DNA from: Eledone cirrhosa | Lineage: Eukaryota | DNA: 64,000 nt | Assembly: GCA_964016885.1 (NCBI GenBank) | Contig: OZ024756.1 | Span: forward strand, 44,144,001-44,208,000 | Reading direction: 5' to 3' | Shown: piece by piece, positions 28,722 through 42,522 of the stretch | Position numbering within the stretch: position 1 is the stretch's first letter | Layout: each line of letters starts with the position of its first letter | Made by a program: the position numbers and the translations under genes | Notes under the pieces: model-generated | What the model was told of the DNA's origin: nothing | What the model saw: the letters and a program-made list of their open reading frames with translations, nothing else | The model's database searches: none

Positions 28722-28919
28722 TAAAAAGATGAAATCGAAAATGCAACTGGAGTCTTATGAAAAGCAGAAGAACTGCGAAACCGGTAAAAGAACCAAATAA
28801 ATATATTTTTTAAAAAAGACTCCAGTTGCATTTTTGATTTCATCTTTTTTTCTTTATACTTTCACTCGTGTAGGACACCTCGGTTATCTTTCATTTTGTA
28901 AAAAAACCCTCAATTTCAA

Positions 28920-28920
<1 letters not shown>
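28722..28920 (+). mobile_element. PLE-like fold-back mini-element with damaged hammerhead
   Basis: 34-bp inverted arms (AAAAAGATGAAATC...GGAGTCTT); inside ATGAAAA-GCAG(AAGAA)CTGC-GAA-ACCGGT-A; same family as 44215-44975. Confidence 0.7.
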
Positions 28921-28951
<31 letters not shown>

Positions 28952-29630
28952 AGAGAGAGAGAGATTAACAGGTTGTCATAGTAACTGTGGGAGAGGAGAC
29001 AGGACAGATAAAAGTTGTATTCTGATGAAAGGGATGGTGGCCAAGATCTATAATCAATGGGAGGGAGAGGAGGAGGAAGAGGAGAGGGGGGGGTGACAGT
29101 GATGATGACGATGGTGATGACGGTGATGATGGTGGTGATGACAGTGGTGATGACAGTGATGATGACAGTGATGGTGATGATGACAATGATGACAATGATG
29201 ATGATGATAAGTATGAAGGTGATGGTGATGATGGTGATGGTGGTGGTGATGGTGGTGGTGGTGATGATGGTGGTGATACAGAATAAAAGAACCTCAACAG
29301 CAACAGAGTAAAATGAAATGTCCAACATACAAGTTGCCAGTTGCATTCCTGTGCAGCAGATACGGAGGTGCAGAGACTGGCAGAAGGAGGGAGAATTAGT
29401 TTGGCTGCAAGTCTTGGCACAGATATTCATTGTGGCTTTGGTGAAGATGTGGGGGAGGGGAGAAGGGGTGTGTGTGTGTAGGGTGGTGAGTAGGGTGGTG
29501 AGGGTGGGGGAGTAGGGGTGATTGCATGTGTGTGTGGGGGGGCTGCATGTGTGTCTGTGTGCATGTTTGTAACAGAGAGTTATAAACAGAATGACATATA
29601 TATGTTTATATATGTGTGTGTGTGTGTGTG

Positions 29631-29680
<50 letters not shown>

Positions 29681-29803
29681 GAAGTTATATTTAAATTGTT
29701 GGGATACAACAAGCAAATATTTTTATAATTGATATAAAGCACTCAACAAATTATTGGAGTAAAAATACGATATATTACCAAATTATAAAACTGATCTATA
29801 TTA

Positions 29804-29868
29804 TATTTTATCTGATGAAAGCGCACCATAATTTGACTTGGTGTCCTTGAAATATGTATAATGAAATA
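29804..29868 (+). ncRNA. Type I hammerhead ribozyme
   Basis: TATTTTAT-CTGATGA-AAGCGCACCA(10 nt)TGGTGTCCTT-GAA-ATATGTAT-A-ATGAAATA; 8-bp stem I; inside an inverted mini-element 29678-29905 between (TA)n tracts. Confidence 0.88.
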
Positions 29869-30213
29869 AGTATGGTTTTATAAATATAGTTTCCATTTGG
29901 TAATATATATATATATATATATGCGTTATTGTTTATAATTAACAGAAAAATGTACTCAATATGAGGTGTCAAGTATAATTATGTTTATTTAACTGATCCC
30001 TTAGTCTGCTGCCATAGTTCTAATTTCTGTGATTTCTCAATCAGTTGAATGCCTGGTGGTGATCTGTCATGGAGAAAATAAACATTCTTCAATATATATT
30101 ATATTATATATATATATATAGATATATATAGATAGATATATATATATAGAGAGAGAGATAGATATATATATAGATAGATATATCGATATATATATATAGT
30201 GAGAGAGAGAGAG

Positions 30214-30304
<91 letters not shown>

Positions 30305-30504
30305 CATATATATATATCTATATATATACACACACACATATATATCATCATCATCATCATTGTTTAACGTCCATCTCCAATTACCTCTTTAACTGGAATA
30401 TAAATATATCTACACCAAGTGAATCTAATCTGACCCAGTGACTGTGTTGGTCTGGACATGTGATGTGTGTGGACATGTGATGTGGGTGGACATGTGATGT
30501 GAGT

Positions 30505-30760
30505 GGACATGTGATGTGAGTGGACATGTGATGTGGGTGGACAATGACTGATGGATGAAGAAATGCCAGGAAATCCCAGTGGAAGGAAGCTGCAGTAGAG
30601 GATGACCAAGAAAGACCTGGGCAGAGGTTGAGAGAGCTGATCTCAAATCTTTAAGACTGGCAGAGGAGATGACAAAGGAACGTGACAAATGGGGAGATGC
30701 CGTGGTGAGGAGGACCTGTCCAACCCATGCTAGTGTGGAAAAGCAGACATGATGATGATG
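30505..30760 (+). mobile_element. Decayed RTE 3' fragment
   Basis: Homologous to 896-1265 and 39997-40263; preceded by a 17-bp GGACATGTGATGTGNGT amplification of the WxGHV codons. Confidence 0.85.
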
Positions 30761-31409
30761 AAAAGGTTGCAAGGCAAAGTTGACATTAGCAGGAATTGAA
30801 CTGCCAAACTCTTGGTTCACTGTCCAGTATCTTAGCAACTTCAACATCCATACTCTCTAAATAGTAAATAACCAACAAGGTCTGAATGTGTGTGTGGTGT
30901 GTGTGTGAGTGCGTTTGGGTATGAGTGTATGTGTGTGCATGTTTGTGTATATGTGTATGCGCATGTGTATGCATGCATGTTTATGTATGTTTATGTTTGT
31001 TTATGTTATGCTTCTGTATATGTGTAAGTCTGTTTGTGTATGTGTGTATGTATTTGCGAATACGTGTATATGCGTGCATGTGTGTGAATATGTTTGTTTA
31101 TAGGTGTGTGTATGTATGTGTATACGTGTATGCATGTATGTATGTGTGCGTGTTTATTAATTGGAAGACTGACAAACATAAAATTACTTCAGTTTGCTAA
31201 TTAACATAATAAACAAATAGTTAATTAACGCAGCATGTTAATTAGTTGGCAAACTTACAAATGAGGCAACATTCAGTTATTTCACTTAAAATTAATATAA
31301 GGATTTCTTCTATGTAAACATTCATAATAATAATGGTTTCTTTATATAATAATAATAATGATAATAATGATAATGATAATTTCTGATTTAATAATAATAA
31401 TAATAATGG

Positions 31410-31820
31410 TTTCTGAGTAAGGCACAAGGCCAACAATTGTTTTTTGCGGGGAGGGGAAAATAGATTAAATCGATCCCAGTGCATTACTGGTACTTCATTT
31501 TATCGACACCGTAAGGATGAAAGGTAAAGCTAACCTTGGCGGGATTTGAACTCAGAATGTAAAGAGCCGTAACTCTATGGTGCAAAGCATGTTGTTCGAT
31601 GTTCTACTCATTCTGTCAATCCACCACCCTTTAATCATAATTGTTTCTACTATTGGCACAAGGACAGCACTTACCTAAGTGTATTACTGGTACTTTATTT
31701 TATTGACTTTGTAAGGATGAAAGACAAAGCAAACCTTGAACTAAGAACTTAAAGGGATGTAACTATATGCTGTAAAGCATGTTGTCTGACACTCTACTGA
31801 TTCTGTCAATCTACTGTCGT
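31410..31820 (-). mobile_element. Two tandem SINE copies
   Basis: Reverse-complement match to 15410-15600. Confidence 0.8.
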
Positions 31821-31868
31821 AATAATTGTAAAAAACTTTGTGAAGCGGAAATTGAGACAAAAAAACAC

Positions 31869-33250
31869 TTTACCTCACATAATATCTCACATAACATTTA
31901 CATTACTCTATATATACTATTGTATTTTCACAGTAAAGGCTTTACCTCACATAATATCTCACATAACATTTACATTACTCTATATATATTATTGTATTTT
32001 CACAGTAAAGTCTTTACCTCACATAATATCTCACATAACATTTACATTACTCTATATATACTATTGTATTTTCACAGTAAAGGCTTTACCTCATAATATC
32101 TCACATAACATTTACATTACTCTATATATACTATTGTATTTTCACAGTAAAGGCTTTACCTCATAATATCTCACATAACATTTACATTACTCTATATATA
32201 CTATTGTATTTTCACAGTAAAGGCTTTACCTCATAATATCTCACATAACATTTACATTACTCTATATATACTATTGTATTTTCACAGTAAAGGCTTTACC
32301 TCATAATATCTCACATAACATTTACATTACTCTATATATACTATTGTATTTTCACAGTAAAGGCTTTACCTCACATAATATCTCACATAACATTTACATT
32401 ACTCTACATATACTATTGTATTTTCACAGTAAAGGCTTTACTTCACATAATATCTCACAACATTTACATTACTCTATATTTACTATTGTATTTTCACAGT
32501 AAAGTCTTTACCTCACATAATATCTCACATAACATTTACATTACTCTATATATACTATTGTATTTTCACAGTAAAGGCTTTACCTTACATAATCTCACAT
32601 AACATTTACATTATTCTATATTTACTATTGCATTTTCACAGTAAAGACTTTACCTTACATAATATCTCACATAACATTTACATTACTCTATATATACTAT
32701 TGTATTTTCACAGTAAAGGCTTTACCTCATAATATCTCACATAACATTTACATTACTCTATATTTACTATTGTATTTTCACAGTAAAAGCTTTACCTCAC
32801 ATAATATCTCTAATAACATTTATATTACTCTATATTTACTATTGTATTTTCACAGTAAAGGCTTTACCTCACATAATATCTCACATAACATTTACATTAC
32901 TCTATATTTACTATTGTATTTTCACAGTAAAGGCTTTACCTCACATAATATCTCACATAACATTTACATTACTCTATATTTACTATTGTATTTTCACAGT
33001 AAAGGCTTTACCTCACATAATATCTCACATAACATTTACATTACTCTATATTTACTATTGTATTTTCACAGTAAAGGCTTTACCTCACATAATATCTCAC
33101 ATAACATTTACATTACTCTATATTTACTATTGTATTTTCACAGTAAAGTCTTTACCTCACATAATATCTCACATAACATTTACATTACTCTATATATACT
33201 ATTGTATTTTCACAGTAAAGGCTTTACCTCACATAATTATCTCACATAAT
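31869..33250. repeat. 72-bp (70-72) AT-rich minisatellite
   Basis: About 19 units of TTACCTCACATAATATCTCACATAACATTTACATTACTCTATATATACTATTGTATTTTCACAGTAAAGGCT. Confidence 0.97.
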
Positions 33251-33479
33251 AGTGAATCTACGAGATTTTTATATTATTTATTATGAGAACAATACCCTAA
33301 CATAACTATGAGCAACTGGTTACAGCCGGTTTGAAGAGAAAAAGGTGAGAGAATTCTGGCTGGATATGGCTGGTTTAAATGCTAAAGGGTTAAAATCAGA
33401 AATTGCAAATTCTCACAACTCACGACCAATGTGTGGCTACAAACAGTTCATCCCCTTCTGCCTCATCATTTTACATCTT

Positions 33480-33705
33480 TTCCAGAACAACAATTAACTA
33501 TAAAAACACAATAATCAAAATGGATCCTGAAACCAAATACAGACTGTACAATGAGGAGAATGAGACGGTTGACCAGATTAACGCCAGCTGCCCAGTCCTT
33601 GCCAAGTCTGAATATATACACAGACATGATCGAGTTGGCAGCTATAGCTACTCGGCAATATGCCAACCATTAGCCATGAAAATGGACAAAAAAATGATAT
33701 AAACA
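33480..33705 (+). mobile_element. R4/Dong-clade non-LTR retrotransposon C-terminal fragment
   Basis: KYRLYNEENETVDQINASCPVLAKSEYIHRHDRVG is a decayed CRxC...ETxxHIxSxCxxLAxxEYxxRHDxV zinc knuckle preceding the RLE domain. Confidence 0.8.
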
Positions 33706-33811
33706 TGTAGGAGACATGACAACAGCTGGGTCCCCACCATGTTGAGGTGTACATACATCTATTAAACAGATGGGAGTGTGCACATAGTACAGTTTATTGA
33801 AACTGGTTACT

Positions 33812-34010
33812 CCTTCTTCGCCTTCCTCACCCACTTATTCCTGCGAGAGTCGTGGGAGCAGTGTCCTCAAACACTCCTTCCTGCAAATCCTGTCAGAAGC
33901 AACCATTTCCAACTGATCCAGCTGGATCTCCAAGTGAGACCAACTAAGCTCATGGATGTTATCCAACCATCTTTCTCGTGGTCTACCCCTGGGTCTCCTG
34001 CCAGTTGATT
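33812..34010 (-). mobile_element. RTE-type LINE 3' fragment (second family)
   Basis: Minus reads TGRRPRGRPRERWLDNIHEL...DR..RK..LRTLLPR; homologous to 45800-45995. Confidence 0.8.
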
Positions 34011-34267
34011 TTTGCTTGTAAAATTGGAAACCTTTAAAATTGGTGGCTTTATTTCATAGAATCAGAACCGGCTTTGGACAGATTGGTAACTAAAGAGTTA
34101 ATCTAAATCTTAAACAACAACTTGCACTAGGAAAGAACATCTTCTCTGCTTGAAACAAACATTTTTTTTTACTTTTACAGATCTGGAGAAAAACCAAAAC
34201 AACTAAAACAAGAAGATAGAAAAATAGAAAAATATTCTTTGATTCTTAGAGACTTGATTCCAAAAAA

Positions 34268-34442
34268 ATGGACACGAGCAGCCAAGAATTGGACGAGTTA
34301 TGTGATAAAAGGTCATCTTTAAGACGGTCTTACAGTGAAGAAATGACTAGCAGTACATTGGCAGATCCATTTAAGAAGCCATGTTACTGTTGTTATATTC
34401 CAAAGAGATATATTTTAGCTTGTATGGCTTTTCTTGGCTTTG
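34268..34442 (+). CDS. First coding exon of an SLC17-family anion transporter (sialin/VGLUT-like)
   Basis: Exon 34181-34442 bounded by TTTTTTTTTACTTTTACAG and G|GTAAGT; MDTSSQELDEL...PCYCCYIPKRYILACMAFLGF matches the SLC17 TM1 signature (R-Y-x-L/I-A-x-x-x-F/G-x-G-F); phase-1 donor. Confidence 0.8.
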
Positions 34443-34933
34443 GTAAGTAATTTATACTTTTCCACATTTAATGCTGACTCATTTTTCATATTTTTAAAAT
34501 ATATATATTTTTTTTGTCTTTTAACTCTTCTTTTTCTTATTCCATTTAATAAATATTACTATATATGGTTACTATATTAAAAAGAAAAAAAAATATCTTT
34601 TTATTGTATCAGTGAGTATTATTATAATTATTTGTATATATATATATAAGAATAACATTAAGAAAGATGCTGATGTTACATAAATCGATTTATGTAACTC
34701 AGCATCTTTAAATCTCCATTGTAACTACACACTACAGATGTAGAGAGCTTTCTCCTGCTTACTCCTGTTTTTACCAAAACAACTTCTACTAAACATATAT
34801 ATTTCCTGATGATTTCTTCCGAACGAATAGTTTTAGTCCTGTAAAAGCCATTTCTATATTAAATATTTATACTCTGCTTTATATTGAGTACCTTACTTAT
34901 TATGCTTACCCCCGAATGAACTCATGATAAGCA

Positions 34934-35013
<80 letters not shown>

Positions 35014-35950
35014 CTGTAGAACTGCATCTTATGTTATACCAAACCTTACTCATGTACAACTACTTGAAACAATTATTTGTCAGAATTGTCAGAGTGTTAG
35101 TGGAGTTTGAACTCACCATGTAGTGACCCTGAGAGAAAATACCACTGCCCCTTTTTTAAATCTGACGCCCTAACCTCTCTGCCAAACCATTGCTTTGTTT
35201 TACAGAAATATTGCACACACATGCAGCTGCATAAAGTTTACAGTTTACTTGATTGTTGAATGTAGTTGATTGGATGTACGTGCAAATGTTGGTTGGTTGC
35301 AACTTGTTGCTGGCGCTATCGGCGTACAATGTAGATAGTTGTAGAATTGTGTACTAAGGAGTCCACATGTCTGGAGCAAGCAGAAAGACAAAGAAAGGAT
35401 AGAGAGGTGATAAAGAAGAGAAGTTAGGTGAGCTGGGGTGAGGTGAGGTGAAGAGAGGTGGTGGTGGTGGTGGTGGTGGTGAGGTGAAGAGAGGTGGTGG
35501 TGGTGGTGGTGGTGAGGTGAGATGAGGTGGTGGTGGTGGTGGTGGTGAGGTGAGGTGGTGGTGGTGGTGGTGGTGAGGTGGTGGTGAAGAGAGGTGAGGA
35601 GGTGGTGGTGGTGGTGGTGAAGAGAAGTGAGGAGGTGGTGGTGGTGGTAAGGTGAAGAGAGGTGAGATGAGGTAGTGGTGGTGGTGGTGGTGGTGGTGGT
35701 GGTGAGGTGAGATGAGGTGGTGGTGGTGGTGGTGAGGTGAGATGAGGTGGTGGTGAAGAGGGGTGAGGAGGTGGTGGTGGTGGTGGTGAAGAGAAGTGAG
35801 GAGGTGGTGGTGGTGGTGAGGTGAAGAGAGGTGAGATGAGGTAGTGTAAGGTGAGGTGGTGATGGTGATAAAGAGAGGTGACATAGGTGGGGTGGGGTGA
35901 GATGAGGTGGTAGTGGGGTGAGATGAGGGGGAGGTAAATGGGTGGGGTGA

Positions 35951-35982
<32 letters not shown>

Positions 35983-36428
35983 GGGGCTAGTGACTTAAAC
36001 ATGACACACATGCACACATATACTCTACATACTACATAGATACACACATACTACATACATACACACACTCCGACATATGTATATATACTTACACACACAT
36101 ATATACATCCTTATATATGTATATATAAGATGTGAGTTAGAAGCAGAAGTGTAAGGTTGGTGGGGAGAAGAAGGTAAGTATAAAGAAATGTTGAAGGTAT
36201 GAATAGAGAATTTGGTTGAAATTAGACAGTATTCAGTGAATAATGGGGAAATGTTGGAGTGGTTATTCTGCTGGGAGGAGGAAAATGACATGGTTCTCAT
36301 ATATACGTATATATACATACATATATGTATATACACATACATATATATATATACACATACATACATATATACACATACATATATATATACACATACATAC
36401 ATATATACACATACATACATATATACAC

Positions 36429-36466
<38 letters not shown>

Positions 36467-36689
36467 CATATATATGTATAAATGTGTACACACATATGTA
36501 TATATATACATGTATAAAGGTATATATGTATAAAGGTATATATATATATAAAGTTTATCACAACGAAGAGTTTCACATAAATGTTTTTATTGATTATTGA
36601 CCAGTTACATACGTTTTTCAAAAATATATATATATATACACACACGCATACACACATATATATATGTATATATACGTATATATGTGTGT

Positions 36690-36705
36690 ATGTGTGTGTG
36701 TGTGT

Positions 36706-36768
<63 letters not shown>

Positions 36769-37365
36769 TGTGTATGTGTGTGGTGTGTGTGTATGTGTGG
36801 TGTGTGTGTATGTGTGTGGTGTGTGTGTATGTGTGTATGTGTGTATGTGTGTGGTGCGTGTGTATGTGTGTGTGGTGCGTGTGTATGTGTGGTGTGTGTG
36901 TATGTGTGTGTGGTGTGTGTGTGTGGTGTGTGTGTGTGTGTGTGTGGTGTGTGTGTATGTGTGTGGTGTGTGTGTATGTGTGTGCGTGTGTGTGTGTGTG
37001 GTGTGTGTGTGGTGTGTGTGTATGTGTGTGGTGTGTGTGTGGTGTGTGTGTATGTGTGTGGTGTGTGTGTGTGGTGTGTGTGTATGTGTGTGGTGTGTGT
37101 GTGTGTGTGTATGTGTGTGTGTGTGGTGTGTGTGTGGTGTGTGGTGTGTGTGTATGTGTGTATGTGTGTGCGTGTGTGTGTGTGTGGTGTGTGTGTATGT
37201 GTGTGTATGTGTGTGTATGTGTGTGCGTGTGTTGTGTGTGTGTGTGTGGTGTGTGTGGTGTGTGTGGCGTGTGTGTGGTGTGTGTGTGTATGTGTGTGTA
37301 TGTGTGTGTATGTGTGTGTATGTGTGTGTGTGTGGTGTGTGGTGTGTGTGGTGTGTGTGTGTGTA
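36690..37365. repeat. Long imperfect (GT)n tract
   Basis: Direct reading. Confidence 0.95.
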
Positions 37366-38288
37366 CATATATTAACTCACAGTGTTCTGGCATCATTCTA
37401 AAATCTGTTCTATAATTGAAACGTCCCTGGTCAAACTGTAAACTCCAACACCTTCAAACTCTCCAACAGTTGAGGGAGATATCCGGGATTATTGCCAACA
37501 TGCAGATACATACAACACACAACATACAACACACATATACACACAAGCAGGCATGTATATACACACTTCCATACACACACATACATACATCACACTTTCA
37601 CACAAGCAGACATACACACATTTCACAACACATACACACACATCCATACACACACACATGCATGTGCATCACTGCCATGTGAACACACACTCACACAAGT
37701 AGGCATGTACACACACAACCAGGCATGTACACACACAACCAGGTATGTACACAAAAACATACACATATATCTACATAAACTTACACATATATCTACATAA
37801 ACACACATATATCTACATAAACACACACATATATCTACATAAACATACACATATATCTACATAAACATACACAACTATACACACACGGCCCCTATTTTAC
37901 TGTCTGTACCATAGTATAATACCTTCCTCTCTCTCTCTCTCTCTCTTTCACCCTCTCTTTCTCTCTATACATATATATATACACACATATATATATATAT
38001 ATACATATAGACACATATCATTTTTACATTTCCTTCTTTAATGCTCGCATGAGGTTATATGAGTGATATCCAGTAGAATATCTCTCCACCTGTTTCTTTT
38101 ATCATATATATATATATGATATATATATGATATATATGTGTGTGTGTGTGAGAGTATGTGTGTGTATATGTGTGCGTGTGTGTGTGTATAGGTACGTGTG
38201 TTTTTTTTCTCCCCAATCTTTTTCTCGTTTTCTTTGTTCCTTCTTCTCATCCCTCTTTATTTTCTATTTATCTTTTATTTCTAACTCT

Positions 38289-38330
38289 ATCTCCTGATGA
38301 AGGACTAGTGTCCGAAACTTTAAAATTCTC
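38289..38330 (+). ncRNA. Degenerate minimal hammerhead
   Basis: CTGATGA-A-GGAC(TAGT)GTCC-GAAAC-TTTA; core and stem II intact, stems I and III damaged. Confidence 0.55.
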
Positions 38331-38418
38331 CACCTGCTATTTCAAGCGTTAAACTAATATATTTCTTCCATGCACTGTGCCATTTAATTGTTAATTTTGT
38401 TATTTCTGATTACCTATT

Positions 38419-38484
<66 letters not shown>

Positions 38485-38557
38485 TAAAATAAGAGATTGA
38501 AGTTTAAGCAAAGAATCGCTGCTTTCACCCTTAACAGGATCTTCACATTTTTATTAT

Positions 38558-38594
<37 letters not shown>

Positions 38595-38650
38595 TAAACA
38601 AATAATGAATAAAACAATGAAACAGTTCCTTATATTAAACAAAAAAAGTT

Positions 38651-38800
38651 CATTATTTAACGATCGTTTCTAGGATATATATGTGTTAGAATTGGCATGC
38701 ATATTCAACAGATCTATGTACAAAATTATACAAAATTATACAAACTATCAAGATTAAATATACATACCAAACACACATATATGCCGTCTTCAGAAATAAT
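38651..38800 (-). ncRNA. Hammerhead ribozyme, mirror copy
   Basis: Reverse complement of 38812-38961. Confidence 0.85.
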
Positions 38801-38810
38801 CTGAAATAAT

Positions 38811-38961
38811 CATTATTTCTGAAGACGGCATATATGTGTGTTTGGTATGTATATTTAATCTTGATAGTTTGTATAATTTTGTATAATTTTGTACATAGAT
38901 CTGTTGAATATGCATGCCAATTCTAACACATATATATCCTAGAAACGATCGTTAAATAATG
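38811..38961 (+). ncRNA. Type I hammerhead ribozyme with about 115-nt stem II
   Basis: CATTATTT-CTGAAGA-[CGGCATATATGTGT...ACACATATATATCCTA]-GAA-ACGATCGT-T-AAATAATG; perfect 8-bp stem I, palindromic stem III. Confidence 0.87.
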
Positions 38962-39235
38962 AACTTTTTTTGTTTAATATAAGGAACTGTTTCATTGTTT
39001 TATTCATTATTTGTTTAATATTTTATCTTGACTCTGTATACCGTTTATCTTTCACCGAAAGTGATTTTTCATTACATCTCTTCTTTCCATGATATCCGGA
39101 ATACATTGAGTTCTTCATACGGATTGGACACTACCGTAAACTCTTGGTAGATTTATCTACATATATATATATATATATATAATAAGGAAAATGTGAAGTT
39201 CAATGTAAATGTTAGAGAGTCCTTTATTAACAAAA

Positions 39236-39307
39236 CTGTGATACATATTTCAATGACAATCAAGGATGGTTGAATCACGTAACCGGTCATGAGATATCAT
39301 CAGACAG
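39236..39307 (-). ncRNA. Type I hammerhead ribozyme
   Basis: Minus: CTGT-CTGATGA-TATCTC-ATGAC...GTCAT-T-GAA-ATATGTAT-C-ACAG; stem I CTGT/ACAG, AUC cleavage triplet. Confidence 0.8.
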
Positions 39308-39942
39308 CTTCTTTATGTTATAAGATACGGTACCGGGGCAATCCAATCTAAAGACAAGGAAACAGTCTTGGACTCTGAAAACATGATTTCTGTCTCTTCC
39401 TTTGTCTCTAGATTGGATTGCTTGGGATAAGTAACCTTATTACATAACTGATGAAGAGGAAGAGAGGTAGAAGAGATGATGAGGAAGAAGAGGTAGAAGA
39501 GATGATGAGGAAGAAGAGGTAGAAGAGATGATGAGGAGGACGATGACAACGATGATGATGATGAGTAGGAGGAGACTGAGGAGTTGAAGGAGGAAGTGAA
39601 GTAGTGAGAACATGTGACACATGTAAGATCAGATCACTCTCTCTCTCTTCCATCCAAAGACCTCATTAGCTACTGATATTATATGATACTACTCTATCTT
39701 ACTCTATCACAATTTCACTATCGCCAGCCATGTAATTAACTGGCTTGATTAAGATAACGAATCGTCTAATCAACTTCTTATAGCCTACAGGGATTTTTAT
39801 ATATCTCCTGCATTTAAACATACATATATTATATTTATATGTATGTGTATATATATATATGTAAATATGTGTGTGTTCATATATATGTGTGTGTATGTAT
39901 ATATACATATATATACATATATATATATACATATATATATCT

Positions 39943-39996
<54 letters not shown>

Positions 39997-39997
<1 letters not shown>

Positions 39998-40263
39998 CTG
40001 AGGTGGTATGGACATGTGATGCGCATGGAGGATGACCGATGGGTGAAGAAGTGCCAGGAAATGCCAGTTGAAGGAAGACGTGGTAGAGGTAGACCACGAA
40101 AAACATGAGCGGAGGTGGTGAGAACAGACCTCAGATCATTGAAGCTCACGGTGGAGATGACGAGGGACCGTGACGAGTGGAGAGATGCTGTGCTGAATAA
40201 GACCCGTCCCACCCTTGCAAGCAGGGAAAAGCGGACGTAAAATGATGATGATGATGATGATGA
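39997..40263 (+). mobile_element. RTE 3' fragment in (TA)n
   Basis: [36 protein letters not shown], (GAT)n tail. Confidence 0.9.
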
Positions 40264-40268
40264 TATAC

Positions 40269-40304
<36 letters not shown>

Positions 40305-40524
40305 TGCAGTAGTAATCAGTTTCCATTAGTTAAACTTGTGTAACTTAAAATGGAAGACTGTAGTCTTTGACTCAACACACAAATCATTTTCCAAGTTGTT
40401 TCTGTGCTGTTCAACCATAACTATTATCAGTGGTAATTCATATTTATATAAATATTTATATATAAATTAATAAATTACATGAATACACCAAATTCCACAA
40501 TTGAAGGATTAATATTCATTATAT

Positions 40525-40653
40525 GACTTACATGTGTTTCGTTAATATGTAAGTGATTACATCTAGAATTGCTAATCCAATGAATGTTTCAGGACAATTC
40601 GATTTCCAATATGCTGCATCACATTGAGACTTAAAGAATTCTTCATCGGAATG
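40525..40653 (-). ncRNA. Possible decayed hammerhead with long stem II
   Basis: Minus: ATT-CCGATGA...about 100 nt...GAA-ACACATGT-A-AGT; stem II pairing not established. Confidence 0.4.
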
Positions 40654-41574
40654 TGCCTTTCATTAGAAATATGGTAACGAAAGGGTTAGAGATAGAGGCA
40701 GTGTATTTTATTAGAATTATGGTAAAGAAAGGGTTAATGACATAGTGTCTTTCATTTGAAATATATTAACAAAGGGGTTAAACATGGACCCTTTGTATAA
40801 TGTATTTCTTGGTGGTGGCCATGTGTGGAATGCCTATGATCATATGTCTGCTGAATCAGGTTTGATCTAGGGTTAAACAACAACAATGACACCTTCTCCA
40901 CTAATATTTACAGCAACAACACCACCACTACCAACATCACTGTCACCACCACCTCTACTACCACCCCTGCCACCATCTCCACCACTACTACCACTGCCAC
41001 CATCATCACCACAACCACCACCATCTCTACTACCACCACCACCACTACTACAACTAACACTACCATCACCTCTACTACCACCCCTGCCACCACCATCACC
41101 ATCTCTACTACCACCACCACCTCTACCATCACCACCACCACCACTACCACCACCACCAACACCACCACCACCACTACCACTATTACTACCACCACCACCT
41201 CTACCACCACCACCACTATTACTACCACCACCCCCACCATCACCACCTCTACCACCACCAACAACAACTGTTACCATAACTACCAACATCACATACACTG
41301 CAGTATTACTGATTCTGCATTGCCTATCCCAGTAGGTTTTGATTTAGTCAATGTCGACATACATACACACAGACAGACACAGTCATACACACACACACAG
41401 ACATACAGACATACACACACACAGTCATACACACAGACATACAGACAGTCATACACACACACACACAGACATACAGACATACACACACACATACACATAG
41501 ACACACACAAACACAGACATACAGATATACACACAGACATACACACGCACACAGACATACAGACAAACAGACAC

Positions 41575-42008
41575 ACATACAATCTACACAACACATACAC
41601 ATACAATCTACACAATCTACACAACACACACAATCTACACAACACATACAATCTACACAACACATACAATCTACACAACACACACAATCTACACAACACA
41701 CACAATCTACACAACACACACAATCTACACAACACACACAATTTACACAACACACACAATCTACACAACACACACAATCTACACAACACACACAATCTAC
41801 ACAACACACACAATTTACACAACACACACAATCTACACAACACACACAATCTACACAACACACACAATCTACACAACACACACAATTTACACAACACACA
41901 CAATCTACACAACACACACAATCTACACAACACACACAATTTACACAACACACACAATCTACACAACACACACAATCTACACAACACACACAATTTACAC
42001 AACACACA
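41575..42008. repeat. 18-bp minisatellite ACACAATCTACACAACAC
   Basis: About 23 units. Confidence 0.95.
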
Positions 42009-42334
42009 CTACACATCAACCATTTCTTTATTCCAGTCATAGAAACAAGTTTTGATGTTTTCTTATCTTTATAAATTATTATTATTTTGTTGTTTTATCA
42101 TGTTTTTCAAAAGAATCATCATCATCTTTATAACTATCATCATCATCATCTTTATAACTATCATCATCATCATCTTTATAACTATCATCATCCTCGCCAT
42201 CATCATCATCATCATAATTACCACCATCACCCTCCTCATCATCATTATTATTATTATTGGTTTTATTCTACCAAAGGAATATTAGATTCAATATAAACCA
42301 ACCAAACAACATTAAACACGCAACAGTGGTACAG

Positions 42335-42471
42335 TGGTATGGTGGTATATATATACATTAAACACACTGGTGGTATGGTGGTATATATATATATATATAT
42401 ACATTAAACACACTGGTGGTATGGTGGTATATATATATATATATATACATTAAACACACTGGTGGTATGGT

Positions 42472-42522
<51 letters not shown>

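Larger units (their letters stand above)
38586..39160. mobile_element. PLE-derived palindromic element (215-bp arms, 11-bp spacer, unpaired 3' tail)
   Basis: 38586-38800 is the inverse of 38812-39026; tail to about 39160; (TA)n on both sides. Confidence 0.88.
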
